Made by a program: the position numbers and the translations under genes
In this document: positions 14,765 to 24,086 of the stretch, piece after piece
Layout of the letters: the number at the start of each line of letters is the position of its first letter
How positions within the stretch are numbered: position 1 is the stretch's first letter
DNA from: an uncultured Acidobacteriota bacterium
GTDB lineage: Bacteria; Acidobacteriota; Vicinamibacteria; Fen-336
DNA length: 64,000 bases
Direction: 5' to 3'
Assembly: GCA_963720545.1 (NCBI GenBank)
Contig: OY970399.1
Span: forward strand, 2,272,001-2,336,000
Notes under the pieces: model-generated
Seen by the model: only the letters and a program-made list of their open reading frames with translations
What the model was told of the DNA's origin: nothing
Database searches by the model: none

Positions 14765-14882
14765 TCCCGGTGACCATGGCGGAGGGGTCACACCCGTTCC
14801 CATTCCGAACACGGCCGTTAAGCCCTCCTGCGCCGATGGTACTGCCAGGGTAGCCTGGTGGGAGAGTAGGACGTTGCCGGGA
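14765..14882 (+). rRNA. rrf: 5S rRNA
   Basis: TCCCGG...CCGGGA terminal helix, CACCCGTTCCCATTCCGAACACGG, GGGAGAGTAGG. Confidence 0.96.
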
Positions 14883-14904
14883 TTTTTTCGTACTCGCCGT
14901 AAAG

Positions 14905-14941
14905 AAGGCTCTCGCGCGTCATCCGCGCGCGGGCCTTTTTT
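14905..14941 (+). terminator. Intrinsic terminator of the rRNA operon
   Basis: GGCTCTCGCGCG-TCATC-CGCGCGCGGGCC hairpin followed by TTTTTT. Confidence 0.8.
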
Positions 14942-14992
14942 GTTGCGCCCTCGCGCTACAATCATGCGTTTTCAAAACTGGAGCGGCAGTCG

Positions 14993-15748
14993 ATGTCCGG
15001 ACATTCCAAGTGGGCGACGATCAAGCACAAGAAGGGCGCGCTCGACGCCAAGCGCGGCAAGCTCTTCACCAAGATCATCCGTGAAATGACGATCGCCGCG
15101 CGCCTCGGCGGCGGCGACGTCGACTCGAATCCGCGCCTGCGCACCGCGGTCGACAAGGCCAAGGGTTCGAACATGCCCGCCGACAACATCAAGCGCGCCA
15201 TTCAGAAGGGCACCGGCGAGCTCGAAGGCGCCATGTACGAGGAGCTCGTCATGGAGGGCTACGGCCCCGGCGGCGTCGCGATCCTCGTCGAGGGCACCAC
15301 CGACAACCGCAACCGCACGGTTTCCGAGATCCGTCACACCTTCACCAAGCACGGCGGCAGCCTCGGCGGCGCCGGCAGCGTCTCCTACATGTTCAAGCCC
15401 AAGGGCGTCATCACCATCGCCGATTCCAAGATCAGCGAAGAAAAGCTCATGGACCTGGCGCTCGAGGCGGGCGCCGACGACATCGCGCACGAGGGCGAGA
15501 TCCTCGAGGTCATCACCTCGCAAGGCGCCTACGACGGCGTCGTCAAGGCGATCAAGGCGGCCGGCATCGAGCCCGAGTCGCACGAACTCGGCAAGTACGC
15601 CGACAACAACATCACCCTCGAAGGCACCAGGGCGCAGCAAATGCTGAAGCTCGTCGAGGCGCTCGAGGACAACGACGACGTCCAGAGCGTCTGGGCCAAC
15701 TTCGACATCTCCGAGAAGGAGATGGAGGCGGCCGCAGCCGCCGGCTAA
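14993..15748 (+). CDS. yebC: YebC/PmpR family protein
   Basis: [43 protein letters not shown]; usual position before ruvCAB. Confidence 0.95.
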   Translation: MSGHSKWATIKHKKGALDAKRGKLFTKIIREMTIAARLGGGDVDSNPRLRTAVDKAKGSNMPADNIKRAIQKGTGELEGAMYEELVMEGYGPGGVAILVEGTTDNRNRTVSEIRHTFTKHGGSLGGAGSVSYMFKPKGVITIADSKISEEKLMDLALEAGADDIAHEGEILEVITSQGAYDGVVKAIKAAGIEPESHELGKYADNNITLEGTRAQQMLKLVEALEDNDDVQSVWANFDISEKEMEAAAAAG

Positions 15749-15764
15749 GACGGCAAGCGGCCGC

Positions 15765-16271
15765 GTGATCATCCTCGGCATCGATCCCGGCTCGCTGCGC
15801 ACCGGCTGGGGCGCCATCGAAACAGACACCCGGCGCCACCGCCTGATCGAAGCCGGGGTGCTGGCACCGCCGCCGCGCGCGGCGCTGAGCGACCGGCTGC
15901 GCTTCCTGCATCACGGCGTCACGGCACTCATCGCGCGCCTCAACCCCGAGGCACTCGCGGTCGAAGACATCTTTCATGCGGTCAACACCCGCAGTGCCCT
16001 GGTCCTCGGCCACGTGCGCGGCGTCATCCTGCTGGCGGGCGGCGAGGCCAGCCTGCGCATCCTCGCCTTCGCACCGGCGACGGTGAAGGCGCAGATCTCG
16101 GGTTACGGGCAGGCTGCCAAGAGCCAGGTCGCCTTCATGGTGGCGCGGCACCTGTCACTCGCCGAAGAGCCGGTGGGCGATGCCGCCGACGCGCTCGCGA
16201 TTGCACTCTGCGCCGCTGCGCATCCGGCCGGCGAAGCCGCGGCGGCGCCGAAGCGGCGGGGCCTCGCGTGA
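15765..16271 (+). CDS. ruvC: Holliday junction resolvase RuvC
   Basis: ILGIDPG, LAVEDIF, VKAQISGYGQAAKSQV, DAADALAIA. Confidence 0.95.
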   Translation: MIILGIDPGSLRTGWGAIETDTRRHRLIEAGVLAPPPRAALSDRLRFLHHGVTALIARLNPEALAVEDIFHAVNTRSALVLGHVRGVILLAGGEASLRILAFAPATVKAQISGYGQAAKSQVAFMVARHLSLAEEPVGDAADALAIALCAAAHPAGEAAAAPKRRGLA

Positions 16272-16879
16272 TCGCGCAACTCAGCGGCCGCATCCTGCGC
16301 AAGGGCCCGCAGGAAGTGGTGGTCGAGACGGCCGGCGTCGGCTACCGCGTCGCGATACCGCTCTCCACCTTCTACCGCCTCGCCCCCGAAGACGGCGAGG
16401 TGAGCCTGCGCATCCATACGCATGTCCGCGAGGACGCGCTGCAACTCTTCGGCTTCCTCACCGCGCGCGAGCACGAGCTCTTCGAGCGCCTCATCTCGGT
16501 GTCGGGCGTCGGCCCGAAGCTCGCCACTTCGATACTCTCCGGCATCGAGGCCGACGACCTGACCGAAGCGCTGCGCGACAGCGACGTCGCGCGCCTCACG
16601 CGCATTCCCGGCGTCGGCAAGAAGACCGCCGAGCGGCTGGTGGTGGAGCTGCGGGACAAGATGCCGGCGGTCCTGCCGGGCGGTGACGCCGACGCCGAGC
16701 CGCGCGGCGGCGCCGGCACCGTGAAGGCCGACCTGGTGTCGGCGCTCGCGAACCTCGGCTACTCGCGGCCCGAGGCGGAGCGCGGCGTCGACAAGGCGCT
16801 GCGCGAGGACCCTGCCGGACGCTTCGAGGACCTGTTGCGGCGCTCGCTGCAGCTATTGTCGGGAGCACGCCATGGTTGA
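16268..16879 (+). CDS. ruvA: Holliday junction branch migration protein RuvA
   Basis: [43 protein letters not shown]. Confidence 0.95.
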   Translation: MIAQLSGRILRKGPQEVVVETAGVGYRVAIPLSTFYRLAPEDGEVSLRIHTHVREDALQLFGFLTAREHELFERLISVSGVGPKLATSILSGIEADDLTEALRDSDVARLTRIPGVGKKTAERLVVELRDKMPAVLPGGDADAEPRGGAGTVKADLVSALANLGYSRPEAERGVDKALREDPAGRFEDLLRRSLQLLSGARHG

Positions 16880-17906
16880 GGGGAGGATCGTCTCGGGCCG
16901 GCCGGTCGACGACGACCTCGGCTTCGACCAGTCGCTGCGCCCGCGCACCCTCGACGAATACGTCGGCCAGCCGGCGGTGGTCGCGAACCTGCGGGTCGCA
17001 ATCGAGGCGGCGCGCTCGCGCGGCGACGCGCTCGATCATGTGCTGCTGTCCGGGCCGCCCGGCGTCGGCAAGACCTCGCTCGCCCATGTGGTCGCGGCCG
17101 AGCTCGGCGCGCCGATCAAGTCGACCGCCGGCCCCGTCATCGAACGCGCCGGCGACCTTGCGGCATTGCTCACGGCGCTCGAGCCGCGCGAGGTGCTGTT
17201 CATCGACGAGATCCACCGCCTCGACGCCAAGATCGAGGAAATCCTTTACCCGGCGCTCGAGGACTACACCCTCGACCTGATGATCGGCACGGGCCCCGGC
17301 GCCAAGTCGATGAAGATCCCGCTGAAGCCGTTCACCCTGGTGGCCGCGACCACCCGCGCCGGCCTGCTGACGGCGCCGCTGCGCAGCCGCTTCGGCATCG
17401 TCCACCGCCTCGACTTCTATTCCCAGGCCGAGCTCGAGTTCATCGTCCGCCGTTCGGCGCGCATCCTCGACGTGCCGCTCGATGCCGCCGGTGCCGCGGA
17501 GATCGCCCAGCGCAGCCGCGGCACGCCGCGCATCGTCAACCGGCTGCTGCGGCGCGTGCGCGACTACGCGCAGGTGCGCGCCGACGGCACGATCAACGCC
17601 GCGGTCGCCCGCGACGCGCTGCGGCTCCTGGAGGTGGACGAGCACGGCTTCGACGACGTCGACCGCAAGCTGCTGCTCACCATCATCGACAAGTTCGGCG
17701 GCGGGCCGGTTGGCGTCGCGGCGCTCGCCGCGGCGGTCAGCGAAGCGGTCGACGCGATCGAAGACATGTACGAGCCGTACCTGCTGCAGCTCGGCTTCAT
17801 CGACCGCACGCCGCGCGGCCGGGTGGCGACGCGCCGCGCCTATGAGCACCTCGGCCGTGTGCCGCCGCGCGACGCCGAGCCCGCCAACAAGAAGCTGTTC
17901 ACCTGA
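16872..17906 (+). CDS. ruvB: Holliday junction helicase RuvB
   Basis: [50 protein letters not shown]. Confidence 0.96.
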   Translation: MVEGRIVSGRPVDDDLGFDQSLRPRTLDEYVGQPAVVANLRVAIEAARSRGDALDHVLLSGPPGVGKTSLAHVVAAELGAPIKSTAGPVIERAGDLAALLTALEPREVLFIDEIHRLDAKIEEILYPALEDYTLDLMIGTGPGAKSMKIPLKPFTLVAATTRAGLLTAPLRSRFGIVHRLDFYSQAELEFIVRRSARILDVPLDAAGAAEIAQRSRGTPRIVNRLLRRVRDYAQVRADGTINAAVARDALRLLEVDEHGFDDVDRKLLLTIIDKFGGGPVGVAALAAAVSEAVDAIEDMYEPYLLQLGFIDRTPRGRVATRRAYEHLGRVPPRDAEPANKKLFT

Positions 17907-17910
17907 AACC

Positions 17911-18969
17911 CTGAAGACCGCAGACTTCCACTACGACCTGCCGTCAGGCGCCATCGCCCAGGAGCCGCTGGCGCAGCGCGACGCCTCGCGCCTCCTGGTG
18001 CTCGACCGCGCCACCGGTGCCATCGCTCACCGCACCTTCGGCGAATTGCCGAGCCTGCTGCGGCCCGGTGACCTGCTGGTCACGAACCGCAGCCGCGTGT
18101 TCCCGGCGCGGCTCGTCGCACGCCGGCCGGGCGGCGGCGCCGCCGAGGTGCTCCTGGTCTCGCCACGCAGCGCCGACGGGCGGCAGTGGAGCGCATGGCT
18201 GCGGCCCGGTCGCCGCATCCGGCGCGGCGACACGCTGTTCGTTTCCGGGCACCTCAGTGTCGTGATCGAGGAGGCAGAGTCGCAAAGCGACGGACGCCGC
18301 CAGGTCAGCCTGCAGACGAGCGCCGCCGACGGCTGGGCGGCGCTCGACGCCGAGGGCCGCGTGCCGCTGCCGCCCTACATCAAGCGCGGCGGGGAAGACC
18401 GCGACCTTGACCGCGAGCGCTACCAGACGGTGTTTGCGCGCGAGCGCGGCAGCGTTGCGGCACCCACCGCCGGCCTGCATTTCAGCGCGGAGCTGCTGCG
18501 CGAACTGGAGGAAAAAGGCATCGAGCGCGCCGAGGTCGTCCTGCACGTCGGGCCGGGTACGTTCCAACCCGTCAAGGTCGAGGACGTCTCGGACCACCGG
18601 GTCGCCGCCGAGCCGTACCAAGTTCCCGAGGCGGCCGCCGACGCGTTCGCGAACGCCCGCCGGCGCGGCGCGCGCATCGTCGCGGTGGGCACGACCAGCG
18701 TCCGCACACTCGAAACGGCGGCAGTGCCGGGCCACGGCCCCGCGCCCGAGATCGCACCGGGCAGCGGCGAAACGAGCCTCGTGATCTACCCGCCGTATCA
18801 ATTTCGCGCGACCGACGCCCTCATCACCAACTTCCACCTGCCGCGGTCCTCCCTGCTGCTGCTGGTCGCCGCCTTTGCGGGGCGTGAGCGGGTGCTGGCC
18901 GCCTACCGCGAGGCGATTGCGCAGGGTTACCGCTTCTACAGCTACGGCGACGCCATGCTGATCCTCTAG
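17911..18969 (+). CDS. queA: SAM:tRNA ribosyltransferase-isomerase QueA (probable CTG start)
   Basis: KTADFHYDLP..IAQEP, PLPPYIKR, YQTVFA, SVAAPTAGLHF, LHVGPGTFQPV, TNFHLPRSSLL, YRFYSYGDAMLI. Confidence 0.93.
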   Translation: MKTADFHYDLPSGAIAQEPLAQRDASRLLVLDRATGAIAHRTFGELPSLLRPGDLLVTNRSRVFPARLVARRPGGGAAEVLLVSPRSADGRQWSAWLRPGRRIRRGDTLFVSGHLSVVIEEAESQSDGRRQVSLQTSAADGWAALDAEGRVPLPPYIKRGGEDRDLDRERYQTVFARERGSVAAPTAGLHFSAELLRELEEKGIERAEVVLHVGPGTFQPVKVEDVSDHRVAAEPYQVPEAAADAFANARRRGARIVAVGTTSVRTLETAAVPGHGPAPEIAPGSGETSLVIYPPYQFRATDALITNFHLPRSSLLLLVAAFAGRERVLAAYREAIAQGYRFYSYGDAMLIL

Positions 18970-19041
18970 CTTGAGCTTGCGCGGCGACCCGGTAAGATGC
19001 CGACGACGGCCACTTTCGACAAGCGGAACAGGAGCATCGGG

Positions 19042-19662
19042 ATGCAAAGCAATACCACCAGCCGCCGCTGCGACGAAGCCATCTCGGCCTTCGACCTGCT
19101 GGATCATCCTTTCTATCGTGCCTGGAGCGACGGCACCCTGCAGGTCGCGGCGCTGCGCGACTACGCCCGCGACTACGGCGCCTTCATCGCCGCCATCGAC
19201 GGCGGCTGGCGCACGCTCGGCGAAGCGCAGATCGCCGAACACGAGGTGGCGCACGCGCGCCTCTGGGAGCGTAGCTTCGCCGCCTCGCTCGGCACCGCCG
19301 TTGCAAGCGACGCGCCGCAGACGGAGCAGGCGGCGGCGCTCCTCGCAACGACACGCGAGCTGTTCGCCGCGGCGCCGAGCGCCATCGGCGCGCTCTACGC
19401 GTTCGAGGCGCAGCAGCCGAAGACGGCAAACAGCAAGCTGGCCGGCCTCAAGAGCCACTACGCCGCGCTGCCCGCGGCCTGCGCCGAGTACTTCGAGCTG
19501 CACAGCGGCGACTACGACGAGACCACGCTGCTCGTCGAGCGCATGGGCGCCATGAGCGAGGCCGACAGCGACCAGGCGGTCGCCGCGTGCCGCCAGATGA
19601 GCCGGGCGCTCTACCAGGCCCTCTCCGGAATTCACGCGCCGTACGCGCAGGCCTGCGAGTAG
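19042..19662 (+). CDS. CADD/PqqC/TenA-like heme-oxygenase-fold protein
   Basis: LLDHPFYRAWSDGTL, DYARDY, EVAHARLW, ALYAFEAQQP, SKLAGL, YFELH; AGGAG 7 nt before ATG 19042. Confidence 0.75.
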   Translation: MQSNTTSRRCDEAISAFDLLDHPFYRAWSDGTLQVAALRDYARDYGAFIAAIDGGWRTLGEAQIAEHEVAHARLWERSFAASLGTAVASDAPQTEQAAALLATTRELFAAAPSAIGALYAFEAQQPKTANSKLAGLKSHYAALPAACAEYFELHSGDYDETTLLVERMGAMSEADSDQAVAACRQMSRALYQALSGIHAPYAQACE

Positions 19663-19672
19663 CGTCACTCGC

Positions 19673-19719
19673 TGCCCCCCAAGTTCTTGACAGGCCTCGG
19701 CCTGGGGGGCACAATTTTT
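19673..19719 (+). promoter_or_regulatory. Terminator-like hairpin containing a sigma70 promoter
   Basis: Inverted repeat TGCCCCCCAAG/CCTGGGGGGCA then CAATTTTT; TTGACA(19687-19692)-17 nt-CACAAT(19710-19715). Confidence 0.6.
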
Positions 19720-19747
19720 CGTCGAAGACCACCAACTCTTTTCGACG

Positions 19748-20278
19748 ATGGAACAAACGCTCGTCCTGAACGCGACGTACGAACCGCTCAGGATCGTTCC
19801 CTGGCAAAAAGCGATCACGCTTTTGTTCCAGGGCAAGGTCGAGGTCATCGCCAACCACGACCGGGAGATCCGCGGCGTAACGGTGCGGGTGAAGCTGCCG
19901 TCCGTGCTGCGCCTGCTCCGTCACGTCCGTATGAAACGCACCTTCGCGGACGTGCCCTTCTCGCGCTCGAACGTCTACGCTCGCGACGAATACACCTGCC
20001 AGTACTGCGCGGCGCACCTGCCGCCGGCGGCCCTCACCTTCGACCACGTCCTGCCGGTGGCGCGCGGCGGCCGCAAGACCTGGGACAACATCGTCACCTG
20101 CTGCGTCACCTGCAACCGCACCAAGGGCGATCGCACACCCGAGGAGGCCGGCCTGAGCCTCGTCCGCCGGCCGCGCAAGCCGCCCGCACTGCCCGCCCTC
20201 ACGTTGAGCGTGGGGCTCAAGAGAACACCAGCCAGCTGGCGCGACTACCTGTTCTGGGACATCGCTCTCGGGGGGTGA
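19748..20278 (+). CDS. HNH endonuclease (McrA-like, zinc-binding)
   Basis: LVLNATYEPL, NVYARDEYTCQYC, TFDHVLPVARGG..WDNIVTCCVTCNRTKG. Confidence 0.9.
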   Translation: MEQTLVLNATYEPLRIVPWQKAITLLFQGKVEVIANHDREIRGVTVRVKLPSVLRLLRHVRMKRTFADVPFSRSNVYARDEYTCQYCAAHLPPAALTFDHVLPVARGGRKTWDNIVTCCVTCNRTKGDRTPEEAGLSLVRRPRKPPALPALTLSVGLKRTPASWRDYLFWDIALGG

Positions 20279-20319
20279 AGCGCGCCTGGCGCGCCTCGCT
20301 TTCCACGAGTTCATAACCT

Positions 20320-21441
20320 ATGGGCCTGTCCGGCAACCTGCAGACGATGTCGCTCCCTGAAGTCCTGGAGTGGGCGTCGAACAACACCAAGACCGGCACG
20401 CTCAAGGTCGTGTGGACCGCGGTCGAGAAGCGCGTGGTGTTTCGCAACGGCAAGATCCACAGCTCCTCCTCGAACGACCCGCGCGAGTTCCTCGGCCAGT
20501 TCCTGGTGGGCGAGGGGCTCGTCACCGAGGAGCAGCTGTTCCGCGCCCTGCTGCTGCAGGAATCCGAGGGCGCCCTGCTCGGCACGATCCTGGTCGAGAG
20601 CGGCATCCTCGCCGAGGCGGAACTGCGGCGCCTGCTGAAGCGCAAGGCGCGCGAGACGGTCTACAGCCTGTTCCTGTGGACCCGCGGCGAGTTCGAGTTC
20701 ATCGAGGGCGACGTGCCGGAAACGCCGGTCACGCTCGACCTGACCGCCACCGAAGTCATCTTCGAGGGCGTGCGCCGCGTCGACGAGTGGTCGCGGTTGA
20801 AGCAGCTGTTCCCGACGCTCAAGACCTCGTTCCGGCTGACCGGCAGCTTCGAGAACCTGCCCGAGGACCCGATCCGCCGCAAGGCGCTGCAGCTCGCGAG
20901 CGGCGGGCGCACCCTCGAGGAGATCAGCCTCGAGATCCACCGCTCCGACTTCGACACCGCGTGCCTGTTTCGCGAGCTCTACGAGGCGGGTCTCGTCGCC
21001 GTCGACAAGGTGCTCGCCGAGCCGCCGCCGAGCCAGCGCATCCTCGCGATCAAGGGCATGCTCGACCAGGGCGAAAAGCAGTTCCTGGACGGCAAGCTGG
21101 TGGACGCGCGCCGCTCGTTCGAGAACGTGATCTACCTCGACCGCCTCAACCAGCGCGCCAAGAAGGGGCTACTGGCGGTGAGCGAAGCCGAGACCCGCCG
21201 CCCCAGGCACCAGACCGCGTCGTCCGTCATCACCCTCGATTCGGTGCCGATGCTGCGCGGCGACCTCGCGAGCCTGACGCAGGAGCGGCTCGATCCGCGC
21301 GAGGGCTTCCTGCTGTCGCGCGTCAACGGCGAGTGGAGCGTGCGCTCCATCCTCAAGGTCTGCCCGATGGCCGAGGAGGACGCGCTCGAGCTGCTCGCCG
21401 GCCTCGTCTCGCGCCAGCTGATCGCGATCAAGCCGCGCTGA
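20320..21441 (+). CDS. DUF4388 (PatA-N-like) domain protein with TPR-like repeat and C-terminal wHTH-like module
   Basis: MGLSGNLQTMSLPEVLEW..KTGTL, LFLWTRGEFEF, EGVRRVDEW; C-terminal LDPREGFLLSRVNGEWSVRSILKVCPM. Confidence 0.7.
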   Translation: MGLSGNLQTMSLPEVLEWASNNTKTGTLKVVWTAVEKRVVFRNGKIHSSSSNDPREFLGQFLVGEGLVTEEQLFRALLLQESEGALLGTILVESGILAEAELRRLLKRKARETVYSLFLWTRGEFEFIEGDVPETPVTLDLTATEVIFEGVRRVDEWSRLKQLFPTLKTSFRLTGSFENLPEDPIRRKALQLASGGRTLEEISLEIHRSDFDTACLFRELYEAGLVAVDKVLAEPPPSQRILAIKGMLDQGEKQFLDGKLVDARRSFENVIYLDRLNQRAKKGLLAVSEAETRRPRHQTASSVITLDSVPMLRGDLASLTQERLDPREGFLLSRVNGEWSVRSILKVCPMAEEDALELLAGLVSRQLIAIKPR

Positions 21442-21460
21442 CGCGCGGACTTGCGCGGCA

Positions 21461-22474
21461 CTAGAGCGTCTTGCCGACCACCGCGACGATGCGCTGCAGT
21501 TCGCCCACCAGGTCGGCGAAGCTCGCCGGTGTTATCGACTGCGGGCCGTCCGAGAGCGCCCGGTCGGGATCGTGGTGCACCTCGATGAGGACGCCGTCGG
21601 CGCCCACCGCGGCCGCGGCGCGCGACAGCGGCGCCACCTTCTCGCGCCGGCCGGTGCCGTGCGAGGGATCGACCACGATCGGCAGGTGCGAACGGTTCTT
21701 CACTGCCGGCACCACCGACAAGTCGAGGGTGTTGCGCGAGAAATCCGAGAAGGTGCGCACGCCGCGCTCGCACAGGATCACGCCGTAGTTGCCCTCGGAG
21801 AGCACGTACTCGGCCGACATCAGGAACTCCTCGAGCGTCGCCGACATGCCGCGCTTCAGCAGCACCGGCTTTTGCGAGCGCCCGGCGCGCTTCAGCAGCG
21901 TGAAGTTCTGCATGTTGCGCGCGCCGATCTGGATGGCGTCGGCGTAGCGCTCGACGAGCTCGAGGCTGCGCTCGTCGATCGCTTCGGTGACCACCGGCAG
22001 GCCGGTTTCCTCGCGCGCGTCCGCGAGGAACTGCAGGCCCTCCTCGCCCAGCCCCTGGAAGGCATAGGGGCTGGTGCGCGGCTTGAAGGCGCCGCCGCGC
22101 AACACGTGGCCGCCGGCCGCCTTGATCGCGCGCGCCACCGTCAGCACCTGCTCGCGCGACTCGACCGCGCACGGGCCGCCCATGACGACGAAACGGCCGC
22201 CGCCGATCGCCACCGGACCGATGCTGACCACCGTGTCCTCGGGCTTGCTCTCGCGCGACACCAGCTTGTAGGCATGCGTAACCGGGATGACCTCGAGCAC
22301 CCCCGGCAGGCTCTCGAAGGTCGGGGCCTCGACCGAGCCCTTGTTGCCGGTGACGCCGATGGCGGTGCGCTGGACGCCGGGAATGGCATGGGCGCGGTAG
22401 CCGCGAGCCTCGATCGCGGCCATCACCCCGCGGATCTGCTCTTCGGTTGCGTCCTGCCGCATCACCACCAGCAT
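21461..22474 (-). CDS. aroF: DAHP synthase, type I-beta with N-terminal ACT-like domain
   Basis: MLVVM, GPCAVES, RGGAFKPRTSPYAFQGLG, QIGARNMQNF, CERGVRTF, DPSHGTG; AAGGAG 11 nt upstream of ATG 22474. Confidence 0.93.
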   Translation of the reverse strand: MLVVMRQDATEEQIRGVMAAIEARGYRAHAIPGVQRTAIGVTGNKGSVEAPTFESLPGVLEVIPVTHAYKLVSRESKPEDTVVSIGPVAIGGGRFVVMGGPCAVESREQVLTVARAIKAAGGHVLRGGAFKPRTSPYAFQGLGEEGLQFLADAREETGLPVVTEAIDERSLELVERYADAIQIGARNMQNFTLLKRAGRSQKPVLLKRGMSATLEEFLMSAEYVLSEGNYGVILCERGVRTFSDFSRNTLDLSVVPAVKNRSHLPIVVDPSHGTGRREKVAPLSRAAAAVGADGVLIEVHHDPDRALSDGPQSITPASFADLVGELQRIVAVVGKTL

Positions 22475-22569
22475 GAGTTCGCCATCTCCTTGAAACCAAA
22501 GGGGCATTCTACCGGTTGCAGCCCGAGTGCTAGCATCCGCCGCATCGACCGGCCGACAACGGGGGGTGC

Positions 22570-24072
22570 TTGAGCGTGTCCACCATCTTTCGAACCAAGA
22601 GCGTCGCCGACCTGCAGTCGACGCTCGACAATGCCGAGCGCACGCATGGCGGGCTGAAGCGCACCCTCACCACCTTCGACCTGGTGATGCTCGGGATCGG
22701 CGCCGTGATCGGCGCCGGCATCTTCTCGAGCATCGGCACCGCGGCGGTCGGCGAGGTGGCGGCGGACGGCACCGTGATCCGCGCCGGCGCCGGGCCGGCC
22801 CTGATCCTGTCCTTCGCCCTGCTCGGCGTCGTCTGCATGCTGGCCGGCCTCTGCTACGCCGAGCTGACCTCGATGATCCCGATCGCTGGCTCCGCCTACA
22901 CCTACGCCTACGCGACGCTCGGCGAGCTGATCGCCTGGATCATCGGCTGGGACCTGATCCTCGAGTACGCGGTCGGCAACATCGCGGTCGCGATCTCCTG
23001 GTCCAACTACTTCACATCGCTGTTACGCGTGTTCGGCATTGAGATCCCGTTCTGGCTGTGCCACAGCTACCGCGACGTGACCCATTCCTATCCCGAGCAG
23101 CTCGACAAGCTGCCGCTCGTCCTCGGCCATCGCATGTCTTTGAACGTCCCCGCCATCGTCATCGTCGCCGCCATCACGTGGCTGCTGGTGCGCGGCGTGA
23201 AGGAAAGCGCCCGCGCCAACAACGTGATGGTCGCGATCAAGCTCGCGGTGCTCGCCCTGTTCGTCGGCGTCGGCGCGATGCACATCAACCCGGAGAACTG
23301 GCGGCCGTTCGCCCCCAACGGCTGGACCGGCATCCACCAGGGCGCCGCCATCGTGTTTTTCGCCTACATCGGCTTCGACGCCGTCTCGACCGCCGCGGAA
23401 GAGACCAAGGACCCGCAGCGCAGCATGCCGCGCGGCATCTTGTGGTCGCTCGCCATCTGCACGGTGATCTATGTGATCGTCGGCGCGGTCGCCACCGGCA
23501 TCGTGCCGTACACCGCGCTGCGCGGCTCCGATCCGCTGGCGCGCGCCTTCGAAGTCGCCGGGCTGCAGTGGGGCCAGGCGATCATCGCGCTCGGCGCGGT
23601 GATCTCGATGTCGGCGGTGCTGCTCGTCTTCCAGCTCGGCCAGCCGCGCATCTTCTACTCGATGAGCCGCGACGGCCTGCTGCCGCCCTTCTTCCGCCGG
23701 TTGCACTCGAAGTTCCGTACGCCACACGTCACGACCATCCTCACCGGCCTGTTCGTCGCCCTGGGTTCGACCGTGCTCGACGACGACGAGACCTACGACC
23801 TCACCAACATCGGCACCTTGTTCGCCTTCCTGGTCGTCTGCATGGGCGTGCTGGCGCTGCGCATCAAGGACCCCGAGCGGCCGCGGCCCTTCAAGGTCCC
23901 GTTCGTCTGGGTGGTGGCGCCGCTCGGGGTGCTCGCCTGCCTCTACGTGATGCTCGGCCTGCCGACGAAGGCCTGGGAGCGCTTCGGCCTCTGGATGGTC
24001 GTGGGCATCGTCATCTACTTCTTCTACGGGGTTCGCAACAGCGTGCTGCTCAAGAAGGATCCGCCGGCCTGA
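22570..24072 (+). CDS. APC-family amino acid permease
   Basis: GIGAVIGAGIF, CYAELTSMIPIAGSAYTY, FFAYIGFDAVSTAAEETKDPQR, multiple TM segments. Confidence 0.92.
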   Translation: MSVSTIFRTKSVADLQSTLDNAERTHGGLKRTLTTFDLVMLGIGAVIGAGIFSSIGTAAVGEVAADGTVIRAGAGPALILSFALLGVVCMLAGLCYAELTSMIPIAGSAYTYAYATLGELIAWIIGWDLILEYAVGNIAVAISWSNYFTSLLRVFGIEIPFWLCHSYRDVTHSYPEQLDKLPLVLGHRMSLNVPAIVIVAAITWLLVRGVKESARANNVMVAIKLAVLALFVGVGAMHINPENWRPFAPNGWTGIHQGAAIVFFAYIGFDAVSTAAEETKDPQRSMPRGILWSLAICTVIYVIVGAVATGIVPYTALRGSDPLARAFEVAGLQWGQAIIALGAVISMSAVLLVFQLGQPRIFYSMSRDGLLPPFFRRLHSKFRTPHVTTILTGLFVALGSTVLDDDETYDLTNIGTLFAFLVVCMGVLALRIKDPERPRPFKVPFVWVVAPLGVLACLYVMLGLPTKAWERFGLWMVVGIVIYFFYGVRNSVLLKKDPPA

Positions 24073-24086
24073 CCGCCTGAAGGCGG

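Noticed and set aside
19748..20278. HNH gene as a mobile element or defence island
   Set aside because: No transposase, integrase, methylase, terminal repeats or compositional anomaly; it looks like a common stand-alone family.
22452..22490. Short ORF MANSCWW with tandem Trp codons overlapping the aroF start, resembling an attenuator leader
   Set aside because: The WW comes from reading CTG GTG GTG ATG of aroF in another frame. The AAGGAG abuts that ATG with no spacing but suits the aroF ATG, and no terminator/antiterminator is visible.
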